Shown here piece by piece: positions 61,396 through 64,000 of a stretch of 64,000 nt of DNA. This DNA comes from Aulosira sp. ZfuVER01 (GTDB taxonomy: Bacteria; Cyanobacteriota; Cyanobacteriia; Cyanobacteriales; Nostocaceae): contig JAVRCV020000031.1 in the NCBI GenBank assembly GCA_034530615.2, positions 128,001 to 192,000 on the forward strand, given 5' to 3'. A program made the position numbers and the translations under genes. Each line of letters begins with the position of its first letter. The first letter of the stretch is position 1. The notes under the pieces are model-generated. The model ran no database searches. It was not told the DNA's origin and worked only from the letters and a program-made list of their open reading frames with translations.

Positions 61396-62592
61396 ATGAT
61401 CAACGAACTAATTACTAGTATTTTTCAACCCCATAAGCGCAACAAAAAAATACCTTTATCATGGCTTCAACTGACAAGGGAAAGAACTCGTTTAGCCGTG
61501 GCTCTGGCAGGGATTGGCTTTGCCGATATTTTGATGTTTATGCAATTAGGTTTCCGAGATGCTTTGTATTATAGTAACGTTCGCTTTCATACTAGTTTGC
61601 AGGGCGACATTATTTTAATCAATAGCCAATCTAATGCTGTCCTGTCGATGAAAAGTTTTTCCCAACGGCGCTTATATAAAGCTTTAGATTTACCGACAGT
61701 ACAATCAGTACATGGGATATATTTGGATTATACAAGCTGGAAAAATCCTGAAACAGGCCGCCCTCGCAGTATTCTAATATTTGGATTTAATCCTGAAGTA
61801 AACTTATTCAACTTACCTGGAGTTCAAGAAAATTTAGAACAACTGAAACTACCTGATGTAGTTTTATATGACCGTTCTTCTAGGGTAGAGTATGGGCCAA
61901 TTGCTGCTAATTTCGAGCAAGGCAAAACTGTGACGGCAGAAGTACGACGGCGGCGGATAAAAGTAGGAGGACTATTCACTTTAGGTGCATCATTTGGGGC
62001 TGACGGTAATCTAATTACTAGTGATGTCAACTTTTTGCGGATATTCAATAACCGTCAACGAGGTTTAATTGATATTGGGGTTATTAAATTAAAGCCAGGA
62101 GCAAATGCTACTGCTGTAACCCAAGATTTAAGAAATTATCTACCTAAAGAAATCAATGTTTTAACTAAGCAAGAATTTATCGATTTTGAACGCAATTACT
62201 GGGCTAGTAGTACTGCTATTGGGTTTATTTTTACCTTAGGTACAATTATGGGTTTTATTGTCGGAACCGTAATTGTTTATCAAATTCTTTATACGGAAGT
62301 TGCCGATCATTTGGCAGAGTACGCTACCTTAAAAGCCATAGGCTATACACAAAATTATTTATTAACTGTCATACTGCAAGAAGCTTTAATATTAGCAGTA
62401 ATTGGCTATCTACCTGGATTTACTTTTGCTTTATTTATGTATAAAACTGCCAGAGATGCCACATTATTACCAGTCTTCATGAGTATAGAAAGAGCAGTAT
62501 TAGTGCTGATTTTAACTATATTAATGTGTATGATTTCTGGTACAATTGCTGTGCGAAAGTTACGTTCAGCAGACCCGGCAGATATATTCTAA
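61396..62592 (+). CDS. devC: ABC transporter permease DevC
   Basis: IPLSWLQL, FMQLGF, EYATLKAIGY, ADPADIF. Confidence 0.93.
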   Translation: MINELITSIFQPHKRNKKIPLSWLQLTRERTRLAVALAGIGFADILMFMQLGFRDALYYSNVRFHTSLQGDIILINSQSNAVLSMKSFSQRRLYKALDLPTVQSVHGIYLDYTSWKNPETGRPRSILIFGFNPEVNLFNLPGVQENLEQLKLPDVVLYDRSSRVEYGPIAANFEQGKTVTAEVRRRRIKVGGLFTLGASFGADGNLITSDVNFLRIFNNRQRGLIDIGVIKLKPGANATAVTQDLRNYLPKEINVLTKQEFIDFERNYWASSTAIGFIFTLGTIMGFIVGTVIVYQILYTEVADHLAEYATLKAIGYTQNYLLTVILQEALILAVIGYLPGFTFALFMYKTARDATLLPVFMSIERAVLVLILTILMCMISGTIAVRKLRSADPADIF

Positions 62593-62755
62593 TTCACCTT
62601 GAATACTGAAAATATAATTATTAAAATTTCTCAAAAGTAAAATAATTATAAATGCTCAATACTTATCAAAAGTACTAATTTATAATTAATGATTGATAAC
62701 TTATTTTTGCTACTTCAGCTTAATTTGGAACTGCTAACCTCTAGCTATTGAATTT

Positions 62756-63472
62756 ATGATGAAACAAGAACCTGTAATTGCTATTAAACATCTCAATCAC
62801 TACTATGGCAGAGGCGCACTCAAAAGACAGATTTTATTTGATATTAACCTAGAAATTTATCCTGGAGAAATTGTAATTATGACCGGGCCATCGGGTTCAG
62901 GTAAAACAACATTACTGAGCTTAATTGGTGGTTTACGCTCTGTACAAGAAGGAAGTTTAAAATTTTTAAGTAGAGAATTATTTGGTGCTAGCCAGAACCA
63001 ATTAGTACAAGTCCGGCGTAAAATTGGCTATATTTTTCAAGCTCATAATTTGTTGGGTTTTTTAACCGCCAGACAAAACGTGCAAATGGCAGTAGAGTTA
63101 AATGACGAGATTGCACAAAGTGAAGCGATCGCTAAATCAGAAGCCATGCTTGGGGCGGTTGGCTTAGAGTCAAGAATTAACTACTATCCAGACAATCTTT
63201 CTGGGGGTCAAAAACAAAGGATTGCGATCGCGAGGGCTTTGGTGAACCATCCCCCGCTAGTATTAGCAGATGAACCTACAGCAGCTTTAGACAAACAATC
63301 TGGACGTGATGTTGTAGAAATAATGCAAACTCTTGCCAAAGATCAAGGAACTTCTATCTTGTTAGTAACTCATGACAACCGGATTTTGGATATAGCCGAT
63401 CGCATTGTAGAAATGGAAGATGGCCTTTTGACCCGTGATTCCCAAAGTATGGTGAAGAACCATAACTCATAA
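62756..63472 (+). CDS. devA: ABC transporter ATP-binding protein DevA
   Basis: LNHYYG, GPSGSGKTT, LSGGQKQR, LADEPTAALD, VTHDNRILD. Confidence 0.93.
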   Translation: MMKQEPVIAIKHLNHYYGRGALKRQILFDINLEIYPGEIVIMTGPSGSGKTTLLSLIGGLRSVQEGSLKFLSRELFGASQNQLVQVRRKIGYIFQAHNLLGFLTARQNVQMAVELNDEIAQSEAIAKSEAMLGAVGLESRINYYPDNLSGGQKQRIAIARALVNHPPLVLADEPTAALDKQSGRDVVEIMQTLAKDQGTSILLVTHDNRILDIADRIVEMEDGLLTRDSQSMVKNHNS

Positions 63473-63520
63473 AAACGATAGAACTGCACCCTAAAACCCT
63501 ACTAATTACTTAGCAAAACC

Positions 63521-63967
63521 TTATTTTTTAAATAAAGACTGCTCTAAATTTTTGGGGGAATTAGGTTGGCGACTAGTACGGAATGTCACATTCACACCTT
63601 CATTTGACTGCTCCAGTACCAAAAGAGGAGTAGGCTTGGCCTTTTGATCCCAATGCATATGAGCAACGCGGCCTTGAATTGTTGGTTGCCAAGTATCTTC
63701 ATCTTCAGTGGGACTGAGGTAAGTTTCGATACAGTCAATAATTTGGCTAATAGTGGCAGAAGTCGCTTGTGTGGGTAACTTCATTAACCGAATTTGAATG
63801 CGAAACAGTACTCGCTTGGCAATGTTGGGCGCAGTACCAGTTTCATACTCTACATCAAAAATTTCATCTACTTGCCGTCCGGTATTGCTAGCAATCCCTA
63901 CTTGTCCTTGTTGGGATTGATTTGGACGCAGAGCTTGAGAAATTTTATCTTTAACTTTGACTTTCAT
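63521..63967 (-). CDS. Hypothetical protein
   Basis: 148-aa ATG ORF; GAGG-like sequence upstream. Confidence 0.55.
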   Translation of the reverse strand: MKVKVKDKISQALRPNQSQQGQVGIASNTGRQVDEIFDVEYETGTAPNIAKRVLFRIQIRLMKLPTQATSATISQIIDCIETYLSPTEDEDTWQPTIQGRVAHMHWDQKAKPTPLLVLEQSNEGVNVTFRTSRQPNSPKNLEQSLFKK

Positions 63968-64000
63968 TTGATTAACGATCGCAAAATGAAATACCTCCTC

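Overview
Chromosomal window from a heterocyst- and hormogonium-forming cyanobacterium (Nostocales). This is inferred from frequent HIP1 sites (GCGATCGC), heptamer tandem repeats, devBCA and an hps cluster. Contents in order: a 5'-truncated hybrid sensor kinase and a REC-kinase; a pentapeptide/TPR gene and tenA; a DUF433/PIN toxin-antitoxin pair; sufR/sufBCDS with two SufR operators; ccsA, ubiC-like, tRNA-Leu(GAG), accC, psbX, ycf66, sdhB and cyAbrB/calA; htpG and rpmB; the hormogonium polysaccharide/minor-pilin (hps) cluster; DUF502-nusB-ftsY-PP2C; a DUF2278-LTD plus CYTH-like pair; psbP-maf; and devBCA with a canonical NtcA promoter. Most of this is known biology. Best leads: a ~210-nt multi-stem RNA candidate upstream of DUF502, small mobile repeats inserted in frame in hpsJ (splitting a HIP1 site) and sufD, a second NtcA site in repressor position on a small gene divergent from devBCA, an unannotated 50-aa secreted ORF with triplicated upstream motifs, a variant hps glycosyltransferase set, and the uncharacterised DUF2278/CYTH pair. 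All family calls come from motif recognition by eye; no database searches were run.
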